Shown: piece after piece, positions 50,861 to 61,130 of the stretch
Layout of the letters: every line of letters begins with the position of its first letter
Position numbering within the stretch: position 1 is the first letter of the stretch
DNA from: Gammaproteobacteria bacterium
Lineage (GTDB): Bacteria > Pseudomonadota > Gammaproteobacteria > JABHGC01
Direction: 5' to 3'
DNA length: 64,000 bases
Assembly: GCA_027077805.1 (NCBI GenBank)
Contig: JALWTS010000020.1
Span: 33,814-97,813 of the forward strand
Translations under genes and position numbers: made by a program
The notes under the pieces: generated by a model
The model's database searches: none
What the model saw: only the letters and a program-made list of their open reading frames with translations
Told to the model about the DNA's origin: nothing

Positions 50861-50937
50861 GTTTTTTGATAATCAGGTATTACACTTACCATTGTGCGAT
50901 ACATTATAATTTATTCAATAACGAGAGGGCAATTCTT

Positions 50938-51480
50938 ATGAAATTAACATTTATCAAAACGGCATTGATTGCGGGTATGATCACTGCTTTAGGTGTTTCT
51001 TCAACATGGGCAGCCACTGCAGATGGTACCGCAGGAGCAAGCTCAACAGGAACCACAGATATTACTATTACCATTCCACAATTAGCTCGTATTTCTGATA
51101 TGACTGCCATCACTTTTCCTGATTGGGATGGGACAGGTGGTGAAGTAGCAACGGATGATATTTGTGTTTGGAGTAATACAGGTGCTTATAATATTACGGC
51201 TACTGGAGATGGGACATTGAATGCGTTTACTATTACAGATGGTACTGATACCATTGCTTATCTGGTTGAATGGGAAGATGCGAATGCTGGCGCTGCGAGT
51301 GGCACGAGTTTAACCTCAGGCACGGCTTTAGCAGGTCAATTAACTTCAGCAGTGGCTTCTGCTTGTGATGTAAATGGCTTAAATTCTACGCTGATCATCA
51401 CCCTGCCATCGGCACAATTAGAAGCAGCAGGTAACGGCACTTATACTGGCCAACTAACCTTAGTTGTTGCAGCCGAGTAA
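50938..51480 (+). CDS. Fimbrial major subunit (SCPU/Csu-like secreted pilin) of a chaperone-usher system
   Basis: Signal peptide (cleavage after WA|ATADG), T/G/A-rich beta-rich 180-aa body, C-terminus GTYTGQLTLVVAAE resembling the donor-strand region of spore-coat-U/Csu pilins; SD GAGAGGG 8 nt upstream of the ATG. Confidence 0.55.
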   Translation: MKLTFIKTALIAGMITALGVSSTWAATADGTAGASSTGTTDITITIPQLARISDMTAITFPDWDGTGGEVATDDICVWSNTGAYNITATGDGTLNAFTITDGTDTIAYLVEWEDANAGAASGTSLTSGTALAGQLTSAVASACDVNGLNSTLIITLPSAQLEAAGNGTYTGQLTLVVAAE

Positions 51481-51553
51481 GCAAGTTAAACTAGGGCTTG
51501 TGCCGCTATTGGTTTTTAACTATTATCTGAGTTTATTTTAATTCACTCAGATA

Positions 51554-53914
51554 ATGGTGCATTACTTGCTATTGCTATCAACCCTAGTTTCCTTACAAGC
51601 GTTTGCTACTGATTCTAATTTTTTTACCACCGAACCACCTGAGGGCTTTGAGGATTTATTTGAACCCCAAACCACCGTTATTGATGTCTTTTATGCTGGT
51701 CAATTAATCGGTCAAACCCTTGCGACATACTCCCCTGATTTTTTTCAATTTGACCAATTACCCCAACTACTCACCCTACTGCCCAAAATTAAGCATCCAC
51801 AAAAAATTAGTCAAGCATTAACAGGACAACTGCCAACGAATAACCACTTAGCTTGTATTGATAAATTACAAAAAAATTGTGGTCAACTAAAACCTAACAT
51901 TGCAGGCATTATTTTTGACGAAGCAAAATTTCAGGTTCATATTTTTATCCATCCTGATTATTTGCCTGTTCAATCGACCATTAATCAAAAATATCTTCCC
52001 CTGCCCAAAACGGAATTTTCTGCCATACAATTATTGAATGCGAATCTTGCCATCACTGAATCAGCACAAATCACAGAAACAAGCACAACGATCAATAGTC
52101 GTTCTATTTTTGCTTACCAAAATAAACGCTTATTTCTGGACTTTACAACGGATTCAGAACAAGACATACAGCTTGATAATCTTTTTGCAGAAATGGATCA
52201 AAGCAAGCAACGTTATAAAACAGGATTATTTGATCGACAAACCCTAAATTTTATTGAACAACAGCAATTACTCGGGTTTAGCTTACAATCACAAACCGAT
52301 ACTAGACGAGACATTGAACAACTGAGAGCCAGTCAAATCTTAGTTTTTTTACCAAGAAATTCTCGGATTGAAGTATTTCAACAAAATAAACTGATTGCCG
52401 TACAACATTATCTGGCGGGTAAACATTTGCTAGATGTTAGAAACTTTCCCGATGGGGCTTATCATATTCGCTTAAAAATTCGTGACACAGCTGGCAATGT
52501 TAGCGAAGAAACCCATTTTTTTATTAAAACCGATAGTATTCCACCCAAAGATCAACCATTTTATATCGCCGAACTAGGCCTCATTACTGAACAGACTACT
52601 AACACCAGTTTTCCCAAAATAACCGAGGCACTTTGGTTGCGTTTAGGACGTTTGCAGCGTTTTAATCAACATTTTGCCTTTGGTGGCGATCTTATTTGGC
52701 AAGATGATACCGCGTTACTTGAACTTAAAAGTTTTGGTATTTTTCAACATTTCACTACCAGAGCAGGCTCACTATTATCAAACCGCAAACAATCCGCACT
52801 TGAGTTAGATTTTACAGGCAATTATCAACAATTTGGTTACGGCATAAACTTTCGCAAAGATTGGCTACTTGATAACACCCAAATTAAAATCAATGGCAGT
52901 TATAATTTTCCTAAACTTAGCTTACGCTGGCTAATGCAATGGAATCAAACCCAACAACAAAGCAACTATATTTTGGGCCCTCAATTTTCGTGGAACTTAT
53001 GGAAAACCCATCAAGCACAACTACAATTACAAGGTGATATTAGTAAAACCCAAGATGATTTAAATGCCAATATACAACTACAATTAAGTTGGCGTTTTGG
53101 CTCACACACCCTGCAACACAAGCAAGGACTTCACTATTTCAAACCCTCTAATCCCCCCCTAAAATCAACCGAACATACCCAAGGACTTAATTTATATTGG
53201 CAAAAAAACCAGTGGTTGCAATCCGATTGGAATTTAAACCTTGGTTGGGAAAATGGCATCAGTGCTGAATCGCTTTATATGGATACCTTAGTCCAAGGTC
53301 ATAAAGGTCGATTGGGTTTTAGAGCGGAACGTATAAAAAACACCCAAAATATCCAACACCGTTACAATGCCAGTCTCAATCTTGGCACTGCCATTACCCC
53401 TCAACATCTTGCGATTGGCGGTAAAAATAGTTATGTTAGTGCCGTGATTATAGAAGTAATTGGTAATGTTCAAGCAGAATTTAAACTATTGATTAATAAC
53501 CAACAACAAGACACTATTTTGACTAACCAAAGTGTTCCTGTCTTTTTAAGCCCTTATAAAACTTACCAAATTCGGCTATTACCCATCCATGCCCCTATCA
53601 TAAAATTTGATGCGAATATTCGAGAGGTAACACTATATCCAGGTAACGTCTCAACCCTAGTATGGACAGTTGAAAACATCGTGGTATTATTTGGACGAAT
53701 CATAGACAAACAGCAACAAGCGATTATTAATACAGAAATAAAAGGCTCTGGTAGCTTTGCAACAACGGATGATCAAGGGTATTTTCAAATTGAAGTCTCC
53801 TCACCCACCACACTTAAACTGCAAAGCTCCTCACAAGACAGCTGTGAAATTGAAATAACCCCTCAACAATTAACAAAAATCTATCAAGATTTAGGCGAGT
53901 TAATTTGCCAATAA
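51554..53914 (+). CDS. Fimbrial usher protein (outer-membrane, ~786 aa)
   Basis: Signal peptide; usher-like N-terminal domain (TVIDVFYAGQLIGQ); size of a beta-barrel usher; C-terminal domain GSGSFATTDDQGYFQIEV and a terminal Cys pair, as in usher C-domains. Confidence 0.55.
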   Translation: MVHYLLLLSTLVSLQAFATDSNFFTTEPPEGFEDLFEPQTTVIDVFYAGQLIGQTLATYSPDFFQFDQLPQLLTLLPKIKHPQKISQALTGQLPTNNHLACIDKLQKNCGQLKPNIAGIIFDEAKFQVHIFIHPDYLPVQSTINQKYLPLPKTEFSAIQLLNANLAITESAQITETSTTINSRSIFAYQNKRLFLDFTTDSEQDIQLDNLFAEMDQSKQRYKTGLFDRQTLNFIEQQQLLGFSLQSQTDTRRDIEQLRASQILVFLPRNSRIEVFQQNKLIAVQHYLAGKHLLDVRNFPDGAYHIRLKIRDTAGNVSEETHFFIKTDSIPPKDQPFYIAELGLITEQTTNTSFPKITEALWLRLGRLQRFNQHFAFGGDLIWQDDTALLELKSFGIFQHFTTRAGSLLSNRKQSALELDFTGNYQQFGYGINFRKDWLLDNTQIKINGSYNFPKLSLRWLMQWNQTQQQSNYILGPQFSWNLWKTHQAQLQLQGDISKTQDDLNANIQLQLSWRFGSHTLQHKQGLHYFKPSNPPLKSTEHTQGLNLYWQKNQWLQSDWNLNLGWENGISAESLYMDTLVQGHKGRLGFRAERIKNTQNIQHRYNASLNLGTAITPQHLAIGGKNSYVSAVIIEVIGNVQAEFKLLINNQQQDTILTNQSVPVFLSPYKTYQIRLLPIHAPIIKFDANIREVTLYPGNVSTLVWTVENIVVLFGRIIDKQQQAIINTEIKGSGSFATTDDQGYFQIEVSSPTTLKLQSSSQDSCEIEITPQQLTKIYQDLGELICQ

Positions 53915-53923
53915 TTAAAATCA

Positions 53924-54628
53924 TCAAAACTGTTGTATGGTATTTTTACCTACTGTTTGTAAGTAATATCTCACGGGTGTATCACGATAAGGCAAATCTA
54001 CCTGCCACTTCGCACCAGGATAAACCCGTTTAACAGGTAAAGTTTGGCAATTTTGAGCATTTTCATCACATTGTTCCCCCCTAGACAACAAAACATTGGT
54101 ATTACCTTGATTATGAAAAAGTATTTTTTTTGCTTGTCGCAGCACTTTTAAATCCGATTTTGCTTGAATCGGTCGTAAAATAACCAACAATTCATAGCCT
54201 ACCACCACATTAATCATTGTTTGAGTGGTCTTTATCTTACCTGAAACGGGTTTTATAGTAATACGATAAATAAATTCCTGCTTACTCGGAGGATTTATAG
54301 CCACGATTCGGATTAACCGACGTTGTTTAGGTTCTAAAATCATACGTTTAGGTGTTACCAATAATCCTAATTCTTTAGGATTATGGTAGGCTTCTCTATG
54401 TTCCGCTTTCATTCCCGGTGACACAACTTTTTCAGCTTGTACGACTAAATACAAGCGTTTATCACCTGAGTTATAAACGCTTACATCGTCTCTACGCACA
54501 CCTTCTGCCGAAAAATCTAAAACCATTTTATTGAGTACCATATCCGAAAAAGCAGATACGGACGACAATAAACATAATCCTAACAAGAATGATCGGATAA
54601 TAACCGTTTTATTCATATGATTCCTCAA
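53924..54628 (-). CDS. Periplasmic pilus chaperone (PapD-like)
   Basis: Signal peptide; PapD-like N-domain pattern (KMVLDFSAEGVRRDDVSVYNSGDKRLYLVVQAE; LLVTPKRMILEPKQRRLIRIV); 234 aa. Convergent to the usher; 4 nt downstream of the ampE stop. Confidence 0.55.
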   Translation of the reverse strand: MRNHMNKTVIIRSFLLGLCLLSSVSAFSDMVLNKMVLDFSAEGVRRDDVSVYNSGDKRLYLVVQAEKVVSPGMKAEHREAYHNPKELGLLVTPKRMILEPKQRRLIRIVAINPPSKQEFIYRITIKPVSGKIKTTQTMINVVVGYELLVILRPIQAKSDLKVLRQAKKILFHNQGNTNVLLSRGEQCDENAQNCQTLPVKRVYPGAKWQVDLPYRDTPVRYYLQTVGKNTIQQF

Positions 54629-54632
54629 TTCA

Positions 54633-55475
54633 CTAAATTGCCCACAAAACCAAATATACTAATAATAGTAATAATAACCATAATACCAATGCCCGACAAA
54701 TTAAATTTAAGGCCGCTTGCACCTGATAAGCTACAGCTTGTTCTGATTCCGCCATAGAAACATTTAGATTCAAGGCCCCTTTCCCTGTCGAAATTAATAA
54801 ACTCTGATTCAAACCCTGAGTTTTATGCGTAGCAAAAATCAAATTATCATGCCAACCAGATAAGGCTTGTTCAATATCCCCTGCCAAAGCATAGGAAATT
54901 GCCACCAAACGAGCAGGTAAATAATCCAACCATTCCATTACCATGACATTAATACCCGATCTTGATTGCATTAAATACTGATCTAATTGTTGCATCATTC
55001 GATAAATCAGCGCCCCCCAAACCCCAAAACAAATAAACCAAAATAATACGGCAAATAAACGCTGATTTGCTTGTGATAAAATAACGGTAGCGACTTGTTC
55101 TGAAGAAATATGAGTTTCCGTCTTAGCCACTATCACTTCTGCTATTTGTTGAACCTTAGTCATATCTTTAGCAACATAAGCATTTAGATAAGCATTCACT
55201 TGTTGATAAAGATTATCAGGGCCTAAACAATAAAATAATACCATTAATAACAACAAAGATTGTCCTGTTTGCACAAAATCAACGAATAGTGCTAAAGCAA
55301 TGGGTAATGGCAAGGCTAATACCACCCATGCGAAAGGATAACGATATAAACGAATTGAGCTTAAAATCTTATTTAAGCCCATAAAATAATACTTTAAACC
55401 CGTTAACACTCTCAATTGGGCGAATAAACCGAAACGCTCAATTAACAATGCTAAAAAAATAATTAATAACACCAT
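54633..55475 (-). CDS. ampE: AmpE inner-membrane regulatory protein
   Basis: 280 aa, 4 TM; N-terminus LLIIFLALLIERFG and LPARLVAISYALAGD match AmpE; downstream of ampD. Confidence 0.8.
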   Translation of the reverse strand: MVLLIIFLALLIERFGLFAQLRVLTGLKYYFMGLNKILSSIRLYRYPFAWVVLALPLPIALALFVDFVQTGQSLLLLMVLFYCLGPDNLYQQVNAYLNAYVAKDMTKVQQIAEVIVAKTETHISSEQVATVILSQANQRLFAVLFWFICFGVWGALIYRMMQQLDQYLMQSRSGINVMVMEWLDYLPARLVAISYALAGDIEQALSGWHDNLIFATHKTQGLNQSLLISTGKGALNLNVSMAESEQAVAYQVQAALNLICRALVLWLLLLLLVYLVLWAI

Positions 55476-55516
55476 ATCTACTCGATATCACTTACTATTA
55501 AACAATAACTATCAAA

Positions 55517-56059
55517 TTATCGAATTAAACGAAAATAATATTCCCAATCAAAACTCGCCCCTGGATCCGTTTTTCGCTTAGGAGCAATATGTTGATGACC
55601 TGTAATTCTATCTAAACTAATTTTAGGATAAGTTTGACGTAAACATTGGGTAATTTTGGCTAATTTTTGATATTGAACTAATTCATAATCCATGGTATCT
55701 GTTCCTTCTAATTCAATACCAATGGCATAATCATTACAATTCTCTCTGCCTTGAAAGCTGGAAACGCCCGCATGCCAAGCCCTATGCTCAAAACTAACAT
55801 ACTGCATGACTTCCGCTTGTCGCCGAATTAATAAATGAGCAGAAACTTTTAATTGATAAATTTCTGCAAAACTAGGATGTAAACTAGGATCTAAACGGTT
55901 AGTAAATAAAGCATTAATCGCATCCCCACCAAATTCCCCTGCGGGCAAACTAATATTGTGAATCACTAATAAATCAATCGCCATGCCTTTCGGACGTTGA
56001 TTAAAATTAGGTGAAGGTACTTTGTTGGCAATATCTAACCAACCGTTGTCGATAATCAT
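55517..56059 (-). CDS. ampD: 1,6-anhydro-N-acetylmuramyl-L-alanine amidase AmpD
   Basis: Amidase_2 family motifs (HNISLPAGEFGG, SAHLLIRR, AWHAG, GIELEG); 180 aa. Confidence 0.9.
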   Translation of the reverse strand: MIIDNGWLDIANKVPSPNFNQRPKGMAIDLLVIHNISLPAGEFGGDAINALFTNRLDPSLHPSFAEIYQLKVSAHLLIRRQAEVMQYVSFEHRAWHAGVSSFQGRENCNDYAIGIELEGTDTMDYELVQYQKLAKITQCLRQTYPKISLDRITGHQHIAPKRKTDPGASFDWEYYFRLIR

Positions 56060-56121
56060 AAGATTGTCTGCTTATAACGGATATGATAGGATTAACACAT
56101 TATCTATTTTGTATTAAAACT

Positions 56122-56712
56122 ATGTCAAGAACTGCAAGTATTCAACGTCATACCTTAGAAACTCAAATTAATGTCAGTGTCAATTTAGATGGCACGGGTA
56201 ATGCTGACTTTTCGACAGGCCTAGCCTTTTTAGAACATATGCTGGAACAAATCGCCCGTCATGGTCAAATTGATTTAAGCATTAATGCTAAGGGGGATTT
56301 GCACATTGATGCCCATCACACGGTTGAAGATATAGGTATTACCTTAGGTCAGGCTTTTAAACAAGCCATTGGCGATAAAAAAGGCATTCAACGTTATGGT
56401 CATGCTTATGTGCCTTTGGATGAAGCCTTATCTCGGGTAGTGTTAGACTTTTCAGGTCGTCCACATTTAGAATTTAATGTTGAATTTCCTCGTAGCCAAA
56501 TTGGTGGCTTTGATACGGAATTGTTTTATGAATTTTTTCAAGGCTTTGTCAATCATGCTCAGATTACCTTACACATTGATAATCTGCGAGGTCGTAATGC
56601 CCATCATATTATTGAAACTATTTATAAAGCCTTTGGACGAGCTTTGCGTATGGCATTAAGTTTGGACCCTAAAATAACCGATATTCCTTCAACCAAAGGT
56701 TGTTTATCATGA
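56122..56712 (+). CDS. hisB: Imidazoleglycerol-phosphate dehydratase
   Basis: IGPD motifs ([34 protein letters not shown]); monofunctional size. Confidence 0.9.
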   Translation: MSRTASIQRHTLETQINVSVNLDGTGNADFSTGLAFLEHMLEQIARHGQIDLSINAKGDLHIDAHHTVEDIGITLGQAFKQAIGDKKGIQRYGHAYVPLDEALSRVVLDFSGRPHLEFNVEFPRSQIGGFDTELFYEFFQGFVNHAQITLHIDNLRGRNAHHIIETIYKAFGRALRMALSLDPKITDIPSTKGCLS

Positions 56713-57332
56713 CAGCTAATACCATTGCCATTATTGATTATGGGATGGGCAATTTGCATTCGATTAGCAAAGCCTTACAACATGTTGCCCCTGAACAAAA
56801 TATTATAGTAACAGCCCAATCACAGCAAATCTTAAACGCTGATAAAGTAGTGTTGCCAGGCGTGGGTGCCATTAAAGATTGTATGTTAGAAATCAAACGC
56901 CACGAGTTGCAGCAAACCATTATTCAAGCCAGTCAAAGTAAACCCTTTTTAGGCATTTGTTTAGGCTTGCAAGCCTTGCTAAGCCATAGCGATGAAAATC
57001 AAGGCATTGACGGTTTAAATATTATCGCAGGTCAAGTGCATCAATTTCAATCACAACATTTAAAAATTCCGCATATGGGTTGGAATCAAGTTAAAACCAA
57101 AGCCCACCCTATATGGGAAAATATTGCTGATAATCGCTATTTTTACTTTGTCCATAGTTATTATGCACAAGTTGATAATTTAGATTATCAAATTGGCGAA
57201 ACAGAATATGGTCAAAAATTTTGTGCCGTATTAGCGAAAGACAATATCGTTGCCACCCAATTTCATCCTGAAAAAAGCCATGAAGCGGGTTTACAACTAT
57301 TGCGTAATTTTGCTAACTGGAATGGTGAATAG
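56709..57332 (+). CDS. hisH: Imidazole glycerol phosphate synthase, glutamine amidotransferase subunit
   Basis: Class-I GATase triad context (GICLGLQ, HSY, FHPEKS); ATGA overlap with hisB. Confidence 0.9.
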   Translation: MTANTIAIIDYGMGNLHSISKALQHVAPEQNIIVTAQSQQILNADKVVLPGVGAIKDCMLEIKRHELQQTIIQASQSKPFLGICLGLQALLSHSDENQGIDGLNIIAGQVHQFQSQHLKIPHMGWNQVKTKAHPIWENIADNRYFYFVHSYYAQVDNLDYQIGETEYGQKFCAVLAKDNIVATQFHPEKSHEAGLQLLRNFANWNGE

Positions 57333-57364
57333 GCTTTACTTTAAATATCACAAAGGATAAATAA

Positions 57365-58102
57365 ATGTTATTAATTCCCGCCATTGATCTAAAACAAGGT
57401 CAATGCGTACGCTTACGTCAAGGTCGCATGGACGATGCGACGATTTTTTCCAGTGATCCAGTAGCCATGGCTGGCCATTGGGTAGAACAAGGGGCAGAAC
57501 GTTTGCATATAGTCGATTTAGATGGGGCATTTGCAGGCAAACCAGTGAATGCCGAAATTATTTACCAAATCACTAAAACCTTACCTGAACTTTCTGTACA
57601 AATTGGCGGGGGTATTCGAGAATTAGAAACCATTCAGACTTATTTAGAGGCTGGGGTTGATTATACGATTATTGGTACCAAAGCCGTGCAACAAACTGAA
57701 TTTGTCCAACAAGCCTGCCAGCAGTTTCCCCAAAAAATTATGGTCGGTTTAGATGCCAAAGATGGGCAAGTTGCGGTACAAGGTTGGGCAGACGTTTCCA
57801 GTTACACGGCAGTTGAACTCGCACAAAAATTTACTGATTATGGTGTTGTTGCCATTGTTTACACTGATATTAGTCGTGATGGTATGATGCAAGGTTTAAA
57901 TCTTGACGCAACCGTGGCACTGGCAAATGCCATTGCGATTCCAGTGATTGCCTCAGGTGGTATTACAAATATGGATGATATTTTGGGACTAAAACAGGCA
58001 AAAACCCCTAATATTATAGGGGCAATTACAGGGCGTGCTATCTATGAGGGGCGTTTGGACTTTCGCCTAGCTAATCAGGTTTTCGTAAAGGGGATAAACT
58101 AA
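57365..58102 (+). CDS. hisA: ProFAR isomerase
   Basis: [18 protein letters not shown]-terminus and (beta/alpha)8 HisA motifs. Confidence 0.9.
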   Translation: MLLIPAIDLKQGQCVRLRQGRMDDATIFSSDPVAMAGHWVEQGAERLHIVDLDGAFAGKPVNAEIIYQITKTLPELSVQIGGGIRELETIQTYLEAGVDYTIIGTKAVQQTEFVQQACQQFPQKIMVGLDAKDGQVAVQGWADVSSYTAVELAQKFTDYGVVAIVYTDISRDGMMQGLNLDATVALANAIAIPVIASGGITNMDDILGLKQAKTPNIIGAITGRAIYEGRLDFRLANQVFVKGIN

Positions 58103-58860
58103 TGACGCTTGCAAAACGTATTATTCCCTGTTTAGATGTTGATAATGGCCGTGTGGTGAAAGGCGTAAAATTTGTTGATATTCGTGATGCAGGTGATCCC
58201 GTAGAAGTTGCCAAACGTTATCATCGAGAAGGTGCCGATGAAATTACCTTTTTGGATATTACCGCAACTTCGGATAACCGTGATACAATGGTTCATGTAG
58301 TAGAAGAAGTTGCCAGTCAAGTATTTATTCCATTAACGGTTGGTGGTGGTATTCGTCAATTGGAAGATATTCGCACCATGTTAAATGCGGGTGCAGATAA
58401 AGTCGCCATCAATAGTGCCGCCGTAAAAACGCCTGAATTTGTCAAACAAGCAGCGGACAAATTTGGTTCACAATGTATTGTGGTGGCGATTGATGCGAAA
58501 CAAGTGGATCAAGATTGGGAAATTTTTACCCACGGCGGACGTAAAGCCACAGGTATTGATGCTATTGAATGGGCAAAAAAAATGGTAACCTATGGTGCAG
58601 GAGAAATTTTATTAACCAGCATGGATAAAGATGGGACGAAATCGGGCTTTGATTTGGAGTTAACCGCTAAGATTAGTGAATCCGTACCTGTACCTGTGAT
58701 TGCCTCAGGTGGTGTAGGAACATTAGATCACTTGGTAGAAGGTATTCTACAAGGGAAAGCGGATGCCGTATTAGCAGCCAGTATTTTCCATTTTGCAGAA
58801 TATAGTATCCATGAGGCCAAACAATACATGGCAAATCAAGGTATTGATGTTAGATTATAA
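58102..58860 (+). CDS. hisF: Imidazole glycerol phosphate synthase, cyclase subunit
   Basis: [20 protein letters not shown]-terminus, HisF motifs; ATGA overlap with hisA. Confidence 0.9.
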   Translation: MTLAKRIIPCLDVDNGRVVKGVKFVDIRDAGDPVEVAKRYHREGADEITFLDITATSDNRDTMVHVVEEVASQVFIPLTVGGGIRQLEDIRTMLNAGADKVAINSAAVKTPEFVKQAADKFGSQCIVVAIDAKQVDQDWEIFTHGGRKATGIDAIEWAKKMVTYGAGEILLTSMDKDGTKSGFDLELTAKISESVPVPVIASGGVGTLDHLVEGILQGKADAVLAASIFHFAEYSIHEAKQYMANQGIDVRL

Positions 58861-58884
58861 AATGAAGCAAACAACAGTGGTAAT

Positions 58885-59397
58885 ATGAGTTCTAGTAGTA
58901 GAAGCAGAAACAGAAGAAAAAGTGGTAGTGATAATAGTCTGATTGAAAGCAATGAAGCAAACGATCATAATGAAGCCCAACAAAAAACCGACATATGGTT
59001 AAAACAACTGCGTTGGAACCGGCAAGGTCTCATCCCAGTGATTGCTCAAGATTCAATTAGTAATAAAGTTTTAATGTTTGCATGGATGAATAAAGACGCG
59101 TTAAAATTAACCGTTAAAAAGCGAAAAGCAGTATATTGGTCACGTTCTCGTCAAAAATTATGGCATAAAGGTGAAGAATCGGGTCATCAGCAATTCGTTA
59201 CCGATATTCGAGCTGATTGTGATAAAGATGTGATATTATTAAAAATCAAACAAATCGGTGGCATTGCTTGCCATACAGGTAGAGAAAGTTGCTTCTTCTA
59301 TCAATTACATAACAAAGAATGGATACCCGCAGAACCCATACTAAAATCTCCTAAGGATATTTACAAAAATGACAGTGGAAGCAATAACAAAGACTAA
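58885..59397 (+). CDS. hisI: Phosphoribosyl-AMP cyclohydrolase with N-terminal Ser/Arg-rich extension
   Basis: Core GLIPVIAQD...[17 protein letters not shown]...C..D..C..TG. The first ~35 aa ([19 protein letters not shown]...) are a low-complexity extension. Confidence 0.8.
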   Translation: MSSSSRSRNRRKSGSDNSLIESNEANDHNEAQQKTDIWLKQLRWNRQGLIPVIAQDSISNKVLMFAWMNKDALKLTVKKRKAVYWSRSRQKLWHKGEESGHQQFVTDIRADCDKDVILLKIKQIGGIACHTGRESCFFYQLHNKEWIPAEPILKSPKDIYKNDSGSNNKD

Positions 59398-59704
59398 AAT
59401 TTTGGCAGAATTAGCTGAAATTTTAGAACAACGTAAAACCGCTGATCCAAACAGTTCTTATGTTGCAAGTTTATATACTAAGGGTTTGGATAAGATTTTA
59501 AAAAAACTGGGTGAAGAGGCAGTAGAAACGATTATTGCCGCAAAATCTCAAGATAAGTCGCAAATTATTTACGAAACGGCTGATTTATGGTTTCATAGTT
59601 TGATACTACTACATGCTTGTGATTTAAGTCATGAAGATATACTCACCGAATTACAACGTCGATTTGGCTTATCAGGTATTACCGAAAAAGCCAACCGTTC
59701 CTAA
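59369..59704 (+). CDS. hisE: Phosphoribosyl-ATP pyrophosphatase
   Basis: MazG-like helices [12 protein letters not shown]...[24 protein letters not shown]; 111 aa; separate from hisI. Confidence 0.85.
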   Translation: MTVEAITKTKILAELAEILEQRKTADPNSSYVASLYTKGLDKILKKLGEEAVETIIAAKSQDKSQIIYETADLWFHSLILLHACDLSHEDILTELQRRFGLSGITEKANRS

Positions 59705-59723
59705 CATGATAAAGAGGTAAAAA

Positions 59724-59966
59724 ATGGGTCCTAGTCCTTGGCAATTGTTAATTGTATTAGTCATTGTGTTATTATTATTTGGTGCCAAACGTTTAAGTGG
59801 TTTAGGTTCAGGTTTGGGCAGTGCGATTCGTAACTTTCGTTCTGCCATGAAAGAAGAGGAAACTAAACCAGAATCAACGACTACAAAAACTATCCGACAA
59901 GATAAAGACGCTGAACTGATCGAAGGCGAATTACAATCAAAACAAGATAAAAAATCCAATGTTTGA
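59724..59966 (+). CDS. tatA: Twin-arginine translocase subunit TatA
   Basis: N-terminus [24 protein letters not shown] and amphipathic helix; 80 aa. Confidence 0.85.
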   Translation: MGPSPWQLLIVLVIVLLLFGAKRLSGLGSGLGSAIRNFRSAMKEEETKPESTTTKTIRQDKDAELIEGELQSKQDKKSNV

Positions 59967-60321
59967 TGCTGGTTTTTCTGAATTATTATTGGTCATGCTG
60001 ATTGCATTATTAGTGGTAGGACCAGAACGTTTACCTAAACTTGCCCGTAGTATGGGGCTATGGTTGGGTAAAATACAGCGTTTTATGGCAATGATAAAAA
60101 CAGAAATCAACCACGAAATCAAAACCGAAGAATTAAATCAAATTCTTAATCAGCAAACCCAGCTTAATGAACGCAATGATTTAGAAGAAATCATTGAAGA
60201 AAGCAAACACACAATAAGCTCAAATGATAAACACAAAGCTGATCAAACGAATGTCAAGCAAGCAATCACGAAAGCAGATACCACTACTCCAATGGTGTCG
60301 AAACCTACAGTTAAATCCTAA
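59959..60321 (+). CDS. tatB: Twin-arginine translocase subunit TatB
   Basis: [32 protein letters not shown]-terminus typical of TatB. Confidence 0.8.
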   Translation: MFDAGFSELLLVMLIALLVVGPERLPKLARSMGLWLGKIQRFMAMIKTEINHEIKTEELNQILNQQTQLNERNDLEEIIEESKHTISSNDKHKADQTNVKQAITKADTTTPMVSKPTVKS

Positions 60322-61076
60322 TGTCCTCAGAATTTGAACCTAATGTTGATATTGATCAAGAACAACCGTTTATTAGCCATTTATTAGAATTACGGCAACG
60401 CTTATTGCGTAGTATTTTTGCAATTTTGGCGTGTTTTATCGTCTTAATACCATTTGCGGATATTATTTATACGACCATAGCCCAACCCTTACTGGATCAT
60501 TTACCTGAAAACAGCAGTATGATAGCTATTGATGTTGCTACCCCATTTTTGACACCATTTAAATTAACCTTAGTATTAGCAATTTTTATTACCATTCCCT
60601 ACTCTTTTTATCAAATATGGGCCTTTGTTGCACCTGCCTTATACCAACATGAAAAACGTTTAGTCGTACCATTATTATTATCGAGTACCTTTTTGTTTTA
60701 TTTAGGCATTGCCTTTGCCTATTATGTGGTATTTCCTTTAGCATTTCATTTTTTTGTGAATACCGCTCCAGAAGGTGTGGCAGTAATGACGGATATTAGT
60801 CGTTATTTAGATTTTATTTTAACCTTATTTTTTGCCTTTGGTTTCGCCTTTGAAGTCCCCATTGCTACTTTGATTTTAGTGTGGTTAGATATGGTAACAC
60901 CCGAGCAATTATCAGAAAAACGAGCTTATGTCATCGTCGCTGCCTTTGTAATTGGCATGTTTTTAACCCCACCAGATATATTTTCGCAAACCTTACTCGC
61001 CGTGCCTATGTGGTTATTATTTGAATTGGGGGTATTTATGGCACGATTTATTCAGCCTAAAACAAAATCTTCTTAA
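60321..61076 (+). CDS. tatC: Twin-arginine translocase subunit TatC
   Basis: HLLELRQRLLRS N-terminal motif, 6 TM; 251 aa. Confidence 0.9.
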   Translation: MSSEFEPNVDIDQEQPFISHLLELRQRLLRSIFAILACFIVLIPFADIIYTTIAQPLLDHLPENSSMIAIDVATPFLTPFKLTLVLAIFITIPYSFYQIWAFVAPALYQHEKRLVVPLLLSSTFLFYLGIAFAYYVVFPLAFHFFVNTAPEGVAVMTDISRYLDFILTLFFAFGFAFEVPIATLILVWLDMVTPEQLSEKRAYVIVAAFVIGMFLTPPDIFSQTLLAVPMWLLFELGVFMARFIQPKTKSS

Positions 61077-61130
61077 TTACTTCTTACCATAATATACCGT
61101 TAAAAGCGGGGATAGCAATTAAATTCATTA

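Larger units (their letters stand above)
50761..50870. repeat. ~50-bp tandem direct repeat (x2, 2 mismatches) upstream of the fimbrial subunit gene
   Basis: ccaaaatttattaatcaagcccaattttgtgaccaagttcacattttaaaaca / acaaaatttattaatcaagcccaattttgcgatcaagttcacagttttttgat, read directly. Confidence 0.8.
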
